Part shown: one piece after another, positions 7,926 through 17,489 of the stretch
How positions within the stretch are numbered: the stretch's first letter is position 1
How the letters are laid out: the number at the start of each line of letters is the position of its first letter
Origin: Thermoflexales bacterium
GTDB lineage: Bacteria > Chloroflexota > Anaerolineae > Fen-1058
Assembly: GCA_041740315.1 (NCBI GenBank)
Contig: JBGSMF010000026.1
Span: 1 to 25,607 of the forward strand
Direction: 5' to 3'
Length of the DNA stretch: 25,607 bases
The notes under the pieces: model-generated
What the model saw: only the letters and a program-made list of their open reading frames with translations
Told to the model about the DNA's origin: nothing
Database searches by the model: none
Translations under genes and position numbers: made by a program

Positions 7926-8783
7926 ATGCAAAATCTAGCCAAACAAGATGTCATTGCTATGCGCGAGACTCGTTACCGACGGCGCATGGATATCCGTATC
8001 ACTACGCAAGAACAAGCGCGCGAGTTTGTCAACGACGTAGGCTTTTGCTTTCTCTTCCCTATTAAAGGTGTGGAACTACCTTCCCTTTGGGATGCCATCG
8101 CTGGACGGGTGGTGCCTACATCCTCTTCACACAGCGGCTATGAAATTGATCGCACCTGGGGCTGGAAAGACGAATCACTGGACAAAAAGTGGTGGTACTA
8201 TGGCAAGCTCATCCGCAGCAAGGCCACTTTGACTAGCTTGGATTTGCTAGTACACTTTTACGCATTGAGTGAAAATTATGGGGATTATGAAAACGACTAC
8301 CTGGAAGAATATCGCGCCGGGCGACTTTCCTCCGAGGCTCGATCAATTTACGAGACATTACTCAAGCACGGTGCTCTAGATGCAGTCCGGCTACGCCGCG
8401 AGGCACATATGAGTTCTGACTCGGCCAAGTCTCGTTATGATCGAGCACTGACCGAATTGCAAAAAGAACTCAAGGTTTTGCCCATCGGTATCGCTGAGGT
8501 CGGCGCGTGGCGTTATGCCTTTATCTACGAGCTGTTACCGCGCTGGCTGCCAGAGATACCAGAGAAGGCACGCGCCATTGGCCTGGGCAAGGCCCGGCGC
8601 GCCGTCCTCAATCAATATATGCGCAACGTCATAGCCAGCACGCCGCAAAAAGCTGCACGCGTCTTTGGTTGGTCGTTGGACGAAACGCGCAAAGCAGCCC
8701 AGGCACTGGTAGACGCAGGCCACCTGGAACTGGACGTCAAGGTCAAAGGCATCAGCGAGTTGCAGATGGTGATAAGGTCATGA
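7926..8783 (+). CDS. Hypothetical protein, paralog A (N-terminal ~110-aa unique region plus ~180-aa domain shared with the downstream gene)
   Basis: ATG at 7926 with GGAG 9 nt upstream; an alternative TTG lies at 7899. The C-terminal 180 aa are ~75-80% identical to the next ORF. Possible promoter: TTGAAC at 7860-7865 and extended -10 TGGTAAAAT at 7878-7886. Confidence 0.6.
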   Translation: MQNLAKQDVIAMRETRYRRRMDIRITTQEQAREFVNDVGFCFLFPIKGVELPSLWDAIAGRVVPTSSSHSGYEIDRTWGWKDESLDKKWWYYGKLIRSKATLTSLDLLVHFYALSENYGDYENDYLEEYRAGRLSSEARSIYETLLKHGALDAVRLRREAHMSSDSAKSRYDRALTELQKELKVLPIGIAEVGAWRYAFIYELLPRWLPEIPEKARAIGLGKARRAVLNQYMRNVIASTPQKAARVFGWSLDETRKAAQALVDAGHLELDVKVKGISELQMVIRS

Positions 8784-9394
8784 ATCATTCAGGCAACGGT
8801 CGTCCTCGTCGTGTGCTGGGCAGAACAAGGCGACCAGTGATAACAAGGGTTTTTGCCAATTGCGAGCAGTCGCTCCTGAGCGAAAACTATGGCGATTATG
8901 AACACGACTATATGGAAGAGTACCGCGCCGGCAAATTGAGCGCCGAGGCCAAAGCGATTTATGAAGCGCTGTTGAAAAATGGCGCGTTGGATGCAGTGCG
9001 CCTGCGGCGCGAGGCCCGGATGAGTTCAGAGGCTGCCAAGAGCCGCTACGACAAAGCTCTGACCGAATTGCAGGTTAGCCTCAAGGTGCTGCCCATCGGC
9101 ATTGCCGAGGCCGGGGCATGGCGCTATGCCTTTATCTACGAACTGTTGCCGCGCTGGCTGCCCCAAACGCCCGAAAAGGCGCGCGCCATCGGGCGAGGAC
9201 AGGCCAGGCGCGCCATCCTCAATCAATACCTACGCAACGTGATTGCATCCACTCCTCAAGTGGCCGCCCGCCTCTTTGGCTGGTCGCTGGCTGAAACGCG
9301 CCAGGCCGCCGAAGCGCTGGCAGAAGAAGGACATTTGACATTGGATGTCAAAGTGACAGGCATCAAAGAACGGCAAATAGTGACCCGCCTTTAG
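8780..9394 (+). CDS. Hypothetical protein, paralog B (C-terminal domain duplicate of the upstream gene)
   Basis: ATGA start/stop overlap with paralog A. The shared sequence is LSENYGDYE(H/N)DY(M/L)EEYRAG...RYAFIYELLPRWLP...LNQY(L/M)RNVIASTPQ. The 8507 start in the ORF track is an upstream out-of-context extension. Confidence 0.6.
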   Translation: MNHSGNGRPRRVLGRTRRPVITRVFANCEQSLLSENYGDYEHDYMEEYRAGKLSAEAKAIYEALLKNGALDAVRLRREARMSSEAAKSRYDKALTELQVSLKVLPIGIAEAGAWRYAFIYELLPRWLPQTPEKARAIGRGQARRAILNQYLRNVIASTPQVAARLFGWSLAETRQAAEALAEEGHLTLDVKVTGIKERQIVTRL

Positions 9395-9464
9395 CCTGAT
9401 GGCCGTGAGCGAGGAGCGGGGTTGCGCTTATACGCAAGGCGCGTAAAATGGGTGTATTCATACC

Positions 9465-9500
9465 GCCAAAGAGCGGGAAGAAAACGGCTTGCTCTTTTGG
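9465..9500 (+). terminator. Putative intrinsic terminator after the paralog pair
   Basis: CCAAAGAGC (9465-9473) pairs with GCTCTTTTGG (9491-9500), with a 17-nt loop, and is followed by T residues. Confidence 0.4.
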
Positions 9501-9584
9501 CAAATTGGAGCAGTCTTGGAAATGAGCAAGTCATCTAATCACCAATCCTAACAACCCGCGCCGACAGCGGGAAATCTCAGGAGA

Positions 9585-10094
9585 ATGACTATGAACATGG
9601 TAGACGCTTTGATCGGCCTAATACTTTTGATGGGGCTATTGTTGGGGGCCAGCCAGCGGACAGTGCGACTGATTATGAGCACGGTCATTGCTGCACTGGC
9701 GCACATTGTTGTCCCTACTCTGTACCCAGAAGTGGGGCGCTTTTTTTCTGAATTGATTATGCTGCCGCTCAACATGGGCCATGCATTGGCTTTTCTACTG
9801 ATCATGGTCGCCTTCCTCGGCATCTTTGAAGCCATCATGCGCAAATCATTCAAAGAAACCTTTTTGCCCAAGATCGGGATAGTGGATCATATTATGGGCG
9901 CGCTGATTGGCTTGCCGTGGGCTGTGCTGGTGGCAAGCGCTGTCCTGATGCCCATGCTATACCTGGGTTCCGTGCCCGGCGACTCGTGGGTGATCACGCT
10001 CATCCGCTCACTGTTCCGTCCTTTTGGATTGACGGTCTTGCGCCTAATTTATCCGCCTGGCTATTCGCTCATTCTCGACTCTTTTATTGGTTAA
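9585..10094 (+). CDS. cvpA: CvpA-family (colicin V production) integral membrane protein
   Basis: 169 aa with 4-5 hydrophobic helices. RBS CAGGAG 6 nt upstream. Its position immediately upstream of mutS2 matches the cvpA-(polX)-mutS2 arrangement of Firmicutes. Confidence 0.75.
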   Translation: MTMNMVDALIGLILLMGLLLGASQRTVRLIMSTVIAALAHIVVPTLYPEVGRFFSELIMLPLNMGHALAFLLIMVAFLGIFEAIMRKSFKETFLPKIGIVDHIMGALIGLPWAVLVASAVLMPMLYLGSVPGDSWVITLIRSLFRPFGLTVLRLIYPPGYSLILDSFIG

Positions 10095-10100
10095 ATTTTC

Positions 10101-12485
10101 GTGGATTACAAACATTGTCTCACACTTGAACTGCCCAAAGTGCTCGATCGCCTGGCCAATTACGCCTCGTTTTCGGCCGGCCGAGAGCTGTGCTTGCAGC
10201 TTGCGCCATCATCAGACTTGACCGAGGTCAAACGCCGCCTGGCGCTCACCCGAGAGGCGCGCATCTTGCTCTCTGGCAACGCCGATGTTCGCCTGGGAGG
10301 CGTGCGCGATATTCGGCCGTTGGTAGACCGAGCCGGGCATGGCATTTTGCTCTTGCCACAAGAACTGTTGGAAATCCGCGATACACTGGTGGCAGCGCGC
10401 TCGGTGTACCGCACCCTCACCCGCATGAGCAACCAGTTTCCCTTGCTGGCTACTACTGCCGCCCGCATCGTCGAGGTGGCAGAGATCATTGAAGAAATTA
10501 ACCGCTGCATAGACGACAAAGCTGAGGTGCGCGACACCGCCAGCAACGAACTGGCCGCAATTCGCCGCGACCTGCGCGGGGCCCGCGACCGCCTGGTGGA
10601 CAAGCTCAACCGCATCCTCACCGCCTCGCGCAACGCGCCCTACCTGCAAGAAGCGCTCGTCACTCAACGCGGAGGGCGCTATGTGGTTCCCATCAAGGCC
10701 GATTTCAAGGGCCGCATCCCCGGGGTGGTGCACGATCAATCGGCTTCTGGCGCAACGCTCTTTATCGAGCCGCTGTCTTGCGTGGAAATGGGCAATCGCC
10801 TGCGCGAACTAGAACTGAGCGAGCAGCGCGAAGTGGAAAAGGTGCTGACCGCTATTGCCGCAATGATCGCCGAAGAAGGCATCTATATCATCCGCACCAT
10901 AGAAGCATTGGCCGAGCTAGACATGGCCTTTGCCTGCGCCAACTATGCCGAGGCTATCCACGCCACCGAGCCGCAGATCATGCCACCGCCAAGCCGCTCT
11001 CGCCCGGCGGCTCAGGCCAGCGGCCAACACCCAGGCACTACCCTCAAGCTTGTGCAGGCCCGGCATCCCTTGCTCGACCCGGCGCGCGTGGTGCCGATTG
11101 ACGTTATGCTGGATGAACAGACCTTTATCGTCGTCATCACCGGGCCAAATACCGGTGGCAAGACCGTGGCGCTCAAGACGGTGGGCCTGCTGTGCCTGAT
11201 GGCCTATTGCGGGCTTCATCTCCCCGCCGGCGATGGCAGCGCACTCTCAATCTTTGATCCCATCTATGCCGACATTGGCGACGAGCAATCCATCGAGCAG
11301 AACCTGTCTACCTTTTCAGCCCACATGGTCAACCTGATCGGCTTTTTAGATAAAGCCGACCAGCGCGCGTTGGTCTTGCTAGACGAGCTGGGCGCAGGCA
11401 CCGATCCCACCGAAGGCTCGGCTTTGGCCAGGGCCATCTTGGAGCACTTGAGAGCGCGCAGCGTGACGACGCTGGTGGCCACCCACTACCCTGAACTGAA
11501 AATATGGGCCTTGCCCAGCACCACGCCCGGCGCGATCAATGCCAGTGTAGAGTTTGACGCGGAAACCCTCTCACCCACCTACCGGCTGAGCGTTGGCCTG
11601 CCTGGCCGCAGCAATGCGTTTGCCATCGCCGAGCGCTTGGGCCTGGGCTTGGGCATTGTAAACGCCGCGCGCGCGCTGATTACCGAAGGCAACCTGCACG
11701 CCGAAGATTTGCTGGCCGACATTCACCGCGCCCGCCAAGAGGCCGAAACCGCCCGCCAGCTTGCCAGCCACGCTCAAACCCAGGCCGAGCGGGCCGAAAA
11801 AGAGCTGCGCACGCGCCTGGCCAACATTGAGCAAGAACGGCGCGAGGTGCTAGAGCAAGCGCGCGACGAAGGGCAGGCCAAGCTGGAACAACTAGAAGAA
11901 GAAATTCGCGCCCTGCGCGGCAAGCTTTCAGATGTGCGCGCCGCCGAGGTGGCTGCCATCCAGGCCCGCCGGAGCGAACTGCTCAAAAGCTCCTTGCCTA
12001 AAACACCGGCCGTGGTCATGCCAGAGCCGCGCCACTCTGTCGCCATCGGTGATCGGGTCTGGGTGGCGCGCCTCAAGGCAGAAGGCCAAGTGATCTCGAT
12101 AGATGGAGAAGAAGCCAAAGTGCAAGCCGGGCGCTTGAGCCTGCGCCTGCCCGTGATGGAGCTGGAATGGCGCGCCTCGCCTGAAAAGGTGGCGGCCCCG
12201 TCCGCTGGCTCGTCGGCCCGTGCCGCAAGCGCTTCACCCGGCATTGAACTGGACCTGCGCGGACAGTTGGCACAAGATGCCCTGGTGCAGCTAGACCGCT
12301 ACCTGGATCATGCGGTGCGATCTGGCTTGCCATGGGTGCGCATCATCCACGGCCACGGCACCGGCGCGCTCAAACGCGCTGTGCGCGAGGCGCTGAAAAA
12401 GAATGCGCTAACCAAAAACTTTGAGCCGGGCAAAGAAGGCGAAGGCGGCGACGGTGTGACGGTGGCCTGGCTGGCAATAGAGTGA
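10101..12485 (+). CDS. mutS2: Endonuclease MutS2 (MutS domain III/IV, ABC ATPase, C-terminal Smr domain)
   Basis: GTG start 6 nt after the cvpA stop. Walker A GPNTGGKT at residue ~345, DELGAGTDP, and a coiled-coil linker. C-terminal Smr reads IELDLRGQLAQDALVQLDRYLDHAVRSGLPWVRIIHGHGTGALKRAV. Confidence 0.9.
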   Translation: MDYKHCLTLELPKVLDRLANYASFSAGRELCLQLAPSSDLTEVKRRLALTREARILLSGNADVRLGGVRDIRPLVDRAGHGILLLPQELLEIRDTLVAARSVYRTLTRMSNQFPLLATTAARIVEVAEIIEEINRCIDDKAEVRDTASNELAAIRRDLRGARDRLVDKLNRILTASRNAPYLQEALVTQRGGRYVVPIKADFKGRIPGVVHDQSASGATLFIEPLSCVEMGNRLRELELSEQREVEKVLTAIAAMIAEEGIYIIRTIEALAELDMAFACANYAEAIHATEPQIMPPPSRSRPAAQASGQHPGTTLKLVQARHPLLDPARVVPIDVMLDEQTFIVVITGPNTGGKTVALKTVGLLCLMAYCGLHLPAGDGSALSIFDPIYADIGDEQSIEQNLSTFSAHMVNLIGFLDKADQRALVLLDELGAGTDPTEGSALARAILEHLRARSVTTLVATHYPELKIWALPSTTPGAINASVEFDAETLSPTYRLSVGLPGRSNAFAIAERLGLGLGIVNAARALITEGNLHAEDLLADIHRARQEAETARQLASHAQTQAERAEKELRTRLANIEQERREVLEQARDEGQAKLEQLEEEIRALRGKLSDVRAAEVAAIQARRSELLKSSLPKTPAVVMPEPRHSVAIGDRVWVARLKAEGQVISIDGEEAKVQAGRLSLRLPVMELEWRASPEKVAAPSAGSSARAASASPGIELDLRGQLAQDALVQLDRYLDHAVRSGLPWVRIIHGHGTGALKRAVREALKKNALTKNFEPGKEGEGGDGVTVAWLAIE

Positions 12486-13333
12486 CACAAATTGTGGGGA
12501 ATCTTATGGCAAATTATGTGCTACGGCTATTGGTTGGCTTTTTGCTCAGCGCGCTGATCGGCCTGGTGGCCTACAATCGCCGCGCGCTCACTCGCAGCGG
12601 GGTAGCTGGCGCAATTCTGACCGGCACGCTGATATTTGGCTTTGGCGGATGGGAATGGGGCATACTGCTCATTACCTTTTTTGTCTCATCCAGCTTGCTT
12701 TCGGCCTATCAAAAAAATAGCAAGGCTCTGGCGAGCGACGAATTTGCCAAGGGCGGCCCGCGCGACATCTGGCAGGCGCTGGCCAATGGCGGGGTAGCGG
12801 CCGCCGTAGCAGTGGCCTATAGCCTGTTTCCTCACCCCTTGTGGCTGTTTGCGTTTGTGGGCGCGTTGGCCGAAGCCAACGCAGACACGTGGGCCACAGA
12901 AATCGGCATATTGAGCGATGAAACGCCACGCCTGATTACCAGCGGGCAACTGGTTGTGCCGGGAACTTCGGGCGGGGTGACGTGGGATGGCGCCAGTGCC
13001 GCCTTGATGGGAGCCGGATTGATCTCGGTGCTGGCGGCGTTATTTCAATGGGGCGCCGGCGCAACCACCGGTCTGGTGTTGGCGCTGGGCGCAGTGGGAG
13101 GATTGGCAGGTTTTATCGGCTCGCTGGCCGATAGTGTGCTGGGCGCAACCGTGCAAGGGATTTACAGTTGTGATACCTGCCACAAAGAAACCGAAAAAAG
13201 CCTGCACCGCTGCGGCGCCGTTACCCGCCTGGTGCGCGGCTGGCAATGGTTGAATAACGATTTGGTCAATTTTTTTGCCACTATGGCTGGCGCTCTCGTT
13301 GCTGCTGGGCTGGGCGCGCTATATGCTTTTTGA
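12482..13333 (+). CDS. DUF92/TMEM19-family integral membrane protein
   Basis: GTG overlapping the mutS2 stop; an alternative ATG lies at 12506. Multi-pass membrane protein with a C-terminal CDTCHKETEKSLHRCG motif. Confidence 0.65.
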   Translation: MTQIVGNLMANYVLRLLVGFLLSALIGLVAYNRRALTRSGVAGAILTGTLIFGFGGWEWGILLITFFVSSSLLSAYQKNSKALASDEFAKGGPRDIWQALANGGVAAAVAVAYSLFPHPLWLFAFVGALAEANADTWATEIGILSDETPRLITSGQLVVPGTSGGVTWDGASAALMGAGLISVLAALFQWGAGATTGLVLALGAVGGLAGFIGSLADSVLGATVQGIYSCDTCHKETEKSLHRCGAVTRLVRGWQWLNNDLVNFFATMAGALVAAGLGALYAF

Positions 13334-13382
13334 CAATATTCGAAAAAATTCTAATCTTTTTCCAACACTTTTAAGGTATAAT
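13330..13382 (+). promoter_or_regulatory. AT-rich putative promoter region upstream of ftsH
   Basis: Perfect TTGACA at 13330-13335 and perfect TATAAT at 13377-13382, but 41 nt apart. Intervening weaker hexamers (TAATCT at 13352) could pair with the -35. The exact promoter is unresolved. Confidence 0.35.
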
Positions 13383-13428
13383 AGGGTGATTAGGTTGGGA
13401 TTGAACTGTAGTTTAGCGGGAGGATAGT

Positions 13429-15342
13429 TTGGGAGAGCGAAGGAATCTAGTCGTTTACGCGGTGGTGTTTTTCATCATCATTGCCATACTCGTCAGCAGC
13501 GCCATGCGAACAACGCCGCCAACTGAAATAACCATAGCCCAGTTGGCAAGCGCCATCCAGGCCGGACAGGTGCAAAAAATCACCGTCAGCGGCGATCAAC
13601 TCGCGATAAAATTCAAAGACGGCCGCCAGGACGGCGCGCTGCAAAAAGAATCATCTACCGGCATTGCAGAACAATTAAAAGTATATGGCATCACCCAGCA
13701 AGACCTGGGTAATGTAGAATTCAGCGTACAAGAGCCGGCTCGCTACAACGATATGTTGCAGGTTGTTCTTGTGCTTTCGCCGATCATCATCGTAGGCGTC
13801 TTTATCTTTTACCTGTATCGCCAGGCGCAATCTGCCAACAACCAGGCTTTTTCAATCGGTAGAAGCAAAGCCCGCGTTTCCAGCGGAGAGCAGCCCACGG
13901 TCACGTTTGATGATGTAGCTGGCGTAGAGGAAGCCAAGTATGAGCTGGAGGAAGTGGTCGAGTTCCTCAAAGAACCGGAAAAATTCATTCAACTTGGCGC
14001 GCGCATTCCCAAGGGCGTGCTGCTGGTGGGGCCGCCCGGCTGCGGCAAGACGCTGCTGGCCAAGGCCGTTTCGGGCGAAGCAGGCGTGCCGTTCTTTTCC
14101 ATCTCTGGCTCCGAATTTGTGGAAATGTTTGTGGGCGTGGGCGCCAGCCGCGTGCGCGATTTGTTCGACCAGGCCAAGCGCCACAGCCCGTGCATTGTAT
14201 TTGTAGACGAAATTGATGCGGTGGGCCGGCATCGCGGGGCCGGGCTGGGCCACGCTAACGACGAACGCGAGCAGACCCTCAACCAAATCCTGGTAGAGAT
14301 GGATGGCTTTGGCACCGACACCAATGTCATCGTCATCGCCGCCACCAACCGGCCTGATATTCTGGACCCCGCCCTGCTGCGGCCGGGGCGATTTGACCGG
14401 CGCGTCGTGCTGGATCGGCCCGATATCAAAGGGCGCAGAGAAACCTTTGAGGTACACGTGCGCGGCAAGCCGCTGGCAGACGATGTTGACCTGGCAGTGA
14501 TTGCCAAGGTTACGCCGGGCTTTGTGGGGGCTGATATCGAAAACGTGGTCAATGAAGCGGCCATTTTGGCGGCGCGCCGCAACAAAAAGGCCATTGGCAT
14601 GGCAGAATTCGAAGAGGCCGTCGAACGCCTGATAGCCGGGCCTGAACGCAAGAGTCGCGTGCTCAGTGGACAAGAAAAGCGCATCGTGGCCTACCACGAG
14701 GCCGGCCATGCCGTGGTGTCGCGCAACCTGGAGCACGCTGACCCTGTTCACAAAATCACCATCCTGTCGCGCGGCAGTTCGCTGGGGCATACCCTGACGC
14801 TGCCCTCTGAAGAACGCTACCTGGGCAGCAAGCTAAGATTCCTAGACATCCTGACAGTCGCCTTGGGGGGGCGCGCTTCCGAGCAAATCGTTTTTGGCGA
14901 GGTCACCACGGGCGCTCATGCCGACCTGGAGCGTGTGACGGAACTGGCGCGGGCGATGGTGACCCGCTACGGGATGAGCGAAAAGCTTGGCCCAATGACC
15001 TATGGTCATGCCGAAACGCTGGTCTTTTTGGGCAAAGAGCTGGGCGAGCGACGCAACTACAGCGAGCCGGTGGCGCAGGAAATTGACGTCGAAGTGCGCC
15101 AGATGGTAAAGGGCGCCTATGAAAGAGCACTAGCCATTTTGAACGAACAGCGCGACCGCTTGGAGGCCGTGGCGCAACGCTTGCTGGAGGTGGAAACCAT
15201 TGACCAGCAAGCGTTTGAATCGCTTTACACCAATGCCCCCGTCCCGCCCCAACCAGAAGCCGGCTCGGCCGAGCCTTTGCCTGCGCCGCCGCGCACTCAG
15301 CCTTCACCAGGCACGCCACGCCTGGCGCCGACGCCGGCATAG
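13429..15342 (+). CDS. ftsH: ATP-dependent zinc metalloprotease FtsH
   Basis: TTG start with RBS GGGAGGA upstream. Two TM segments flank a ~90-aa periplasmic loop. AAA+ Walker A GPPGCGKT, Walker [13 protein letters not shown], and Zn motif HEAGHA. Confidence 0.9.
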   Translation: MGERRNLVVYAVVFFIIIAILVSSAMRTTPPTEITIAQLASAIQAGQVQKITVSGDQLAIKFKDGRQDGALQKESSTGIAEQLKVYGITQQDLGNVEFSVQEPARYNDMLQVVLVLSPIIIVGVFIFYLYRQAQSANNQAFSIGRSKARVSSGEQPTVTFDDVAGVEEAKYELEEVVEFLKEPEKFIQLGARIPKGVLLVGPPGCGKTLLAKAVSGEAGVPFFSISGSEFVEMFVGVGASRVRDLFDQAKRHSPCIVFVDEIDAVGRHRGAGLGHANDEREQTLNQILVEMDGFGTDTNVIVIAATNRPDILDPALLRPGRFDRRVVLDRPDIKGRRETFEVHVRGKPLADDVDLAVIAKVTPGFVGADIENVVNEAAILAARRNKKAIGMAEFEEAVERLIAGPERKSRVLSGQEKRIVAYHEAGHAVVSRNLEHADPVHKITILSRGSSLGHTLTLPSEERYLGSKLRFLDILTVALGGRASEQIVFGEVTTGAHADLERVTELARAMVTRYGMSEKLGPMTYGHAETLVFLGKELGERRNYSEPVAQEIDVEVRQMVKGAYERALAILNEQRDRLEAVAQRLLEVETIDQQAFESLYTNAPVPPQPEAGSAEPLPAPPRTQPSPGTPRLAPTPA

Positions 15343-15354
15343 GCAAGATTACCC

Positions 15355-15383
15355 AGACCCTAAAACCTTTAGGGTCTCTTTTT
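15355..15383 (+). terminator. Rho-independent terminator of ftsH
   Basis: Perfect 10-bp stem AGACCCTAAA/TTTAGGGTCT with a 3-nt loop (ACC), followed by CTTTTT. Confidence 0.75.
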
Positions 15384-15390
15384 ACCAGAT

Positions 15391-17349
15391 ATGAAACTGG
15401 TTATCGTCGAATCACCGACCAAAGCCAAAACGCTTGGGCGCATGCTGGGAAGCGGCTATACCGTGCGCGCCAGCATGGGCCACGTGCGAGATTTGCCCAC
15501 CAACGCTCTGGGGGTAGACATCGAGCACAACTTTAAGCCCACCTACTACCTGTTGCGCTCAAAATCCAAAACGCTCAAGGCCTTGCGAGCAGCCCTGGAA
15601 CAAGCCCACGAGTTATACCTGGCCACCGATCCCGACCGAGAAGGCGAGGCCATTGCATGGCACCTGCTCCAGGCGCTTAGGCCGCAAGACAAGCCCGTGC
15701 AACGTGTTACCTTTCACGAAATCACCCCTGCCGCCATCCAGGCCGCTTTCAGCCAGCCGCAAGCCAATGTAGATATGTGCCTGGTCAACGCACAACAGGC
15801 CCGCCGTATTCTAGATCGCCTGGTGGGCTATCAGGTCAGCCCGCTGCTGTGGAAATCTACCGGAGGCAAAAGCGCCGGGCGGGTGCAAAGCGTGGCGCTG
15901 CGCCTGGTGGTAGACCGCGAGCGCGACATCCGCAACTTTGTGCCCGAAGAGTACTGGACCATTCACGCCGACCTGGCCAAGCAGGCCGATCACAGCCTGC
16001 ACTTTATGGCGCGCTTGATCCAGATTGGCGACAAAAAAGTAGGTCTGGGGCAAGTCATACATCTCAAGACCAAAGCCGATGCCGAGCGTATCATTGCCGA
16101 TTTAGCGGACGCTCTCTACCGCGTCAAGCAGGTCAAGCGAGAAAAGAAACAGCGCAAACCCTGGCCGCCCTTTACCACCAGCACTATGCAACAAGCCGCC
16201 TCGGCACGCCTGAGAATGTCGCCCGACGAGGCCATGCGCATCGCCCAAGAGCTGTACGAGGGCATTGACGTTGGCGCTGGCAAGCCGCTCGGCCTAATTA
16301 CGTATATGCGCACAGATTCAACCACCGTGTCGACAGAGGCGCAAGCTGCAGCCCGGCAGGTGATTGAAGAGACGCTCGGCCCACAGTACTTGCCCGCTGC
16401 CCCGCCAGTTTACAAGACCAAAGTAAAAAACGCCCAAGAGGCACACGAGGCCATTCGCCCCACCGATGTCCGGCGTTATCCCAACACCATCAAGGCTTAC
16501 CTGAGCGAACGGCAATTTCAACTCTACGACCTCATTTGGCGGCGATTTGTGGCCTCGCAAATGGCGCCCGCCGTTTACGATGTGATGACGGTGGATGTTA
16601 ACGCTCAAGTGGGGCAAGGGCCGCTTTATCTATTCCGCGCCATCGGCCGCACGCTCCTTTTCGATGGTTTTCTGCGCGTGTGGCAAGAGTCGGAGGAAAA
16701 AAACGAGGATGAGGACGAACCGCAAACCCTGCCCGAGTTGGCTGTGGACGAGGCGCTGGACTTGCTTCAATTGATTTCCAAGCAGCACTTTACCCAGCCG
16801 CCGCCGCGCTACACCGAAGCGTCGCTAATCAAGGCGCTCGAAGAACGTGGCATCGGCCGGCCCAGCACCTATGCCAGCATCGTCAACACGCTCAAACAAC
16901 GCCAGTATGTTGTGTTGGAGAAACGCCTCTTGTGTCCCACGCCGCTGGGCGAAGCGACGTGCGATGCCCTGGTAGCCGCCTTTCCAGACTTGATGGATTA
17001 CGGCTTTACGGCCAAGATTGAGGATTGGCTTGATGATATTTCAAGAGGCGAGCGCAATTGGATAGCTGCGCTGCAAGATTTCTACTCGCCCTTTGCCCTG
17101 GCCCTGGCAGCCGCGCCCGGCAAAATGCAAGGCATTGCCGCGCCGCCGTCTCAATCCTCGCCTACACAAACAAGCCAGGCCGCCAAACGCAAACCCCGGG
17201 CGGGCAAAACAAAAAAGGGCATGCTCACAGACATTGCATGCCCCAAATGTGGCGCGCCCATGGCGCAAAGAACAAGCAAGCACGGCCCCTTTTTAGGCTG
17301 CTCGCGCTACCCCCAGTGCAACGGCACCCGCAAAATAGAAAGCGCCTAA
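15391..17349 (+). CDS. topA: DNA topoisomerase I with a single C-terminal Cys4 zinc ribbon
   Basis: Toprim N-terminus MKLVIVESPTKAKT. The active-site region and overall length are typical. C-terminal zinc ribbon CPKCGAPM...CSRYPQC. Confidence 0.9.
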   Translation: MKLVIVESPTKAKTLGRMLGSGYTVRASMGHVRDLPTNALGVDIEHNFKPTYYLLRSKSKTLKALRAALEQAHELYLATDPDREGEAIAWHLLQALRPQDKPVQRVTFHEITPAAIQAAFSQPQANVDMCLVNAQQARRILDRLVGYQVSPLLWKSTGGKSAGRVQSVALRLVVDRERDIRNFVPEEYWTIHADLAKQADHSLHFMARLIQIGDKKVGLGQVIHLKTKADAERIIADLADALYRVKQVKREKKQRKPWPPFTTSTMQQAASARLRMSPDEAMRIAQELYEGIDVGAGKPLGLITYMRTDSTTVSTEAQAAARQVIEETLGPQYLPAAPPVYKTKVKNAQEAHEAIRPTDVRRYPNTIKAYLSERQFQLYDLIWRRFVASQMAPAVYDVMTVDVNAQVGQGPLYLFRAIGRTLLFDGFLRVWQESEEKNEDEDEPQTLPELAVDEALDLLQLISKQHFTQPPPRYTEASLIKALEERGIGRPSTYASIVNTLKQRQYVVLEKRLLCPTPLGEATCDALVAAFPDLMDYGFTAKIEDWLDDISRGERNWIAALQDFYSPFALALAAAPGKMQGIAAPPSQSSPTQTSQAAKRKPRAGKTKKGMLTDIACPKCGAPMAQRTSKHGPFLGCSRYPQCNGTRKIESA

Positions 17350-17400
17350 CAAAAAGTGTGGCTGGTATAGGGATGCCAGGTATCTTTTAATCTGGGGTGA

Positions 17401-17420
17401 GGGCAGGGCATGCCCTGCCC
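17401..17420. other. Perfect 20-bp palindrome between the convergent topA and lexA genes
   Basis: GGGCAGGGCATGCCCTGCCC. There is no flanking U-run on either strand, so it is either a bidirectional hairpin terminator or a protein-binding site. Confidence 0.4.
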
Positions 17421-17489
17421 AGACAGTGTAATCACAAAGATTACCCCCACATTTTGAGATGTTACGATGCCAGCCACTTTAGCAGGCTG

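Noticed and set aside
8507-8779. 5' extension of paralog B given by the ORF track (start 8507)
   Set aside because: The extension is Arg/Gly/Pro-rich alt-frame sequence over paralog A. The homologous region and an ATGA overlap start at 8780.
13852-14790. 312-aa and 231-aa minus-strand ORFs
   Set aside because: Antisense to the well-supported ftsH coding region with biased composition. Spurious.
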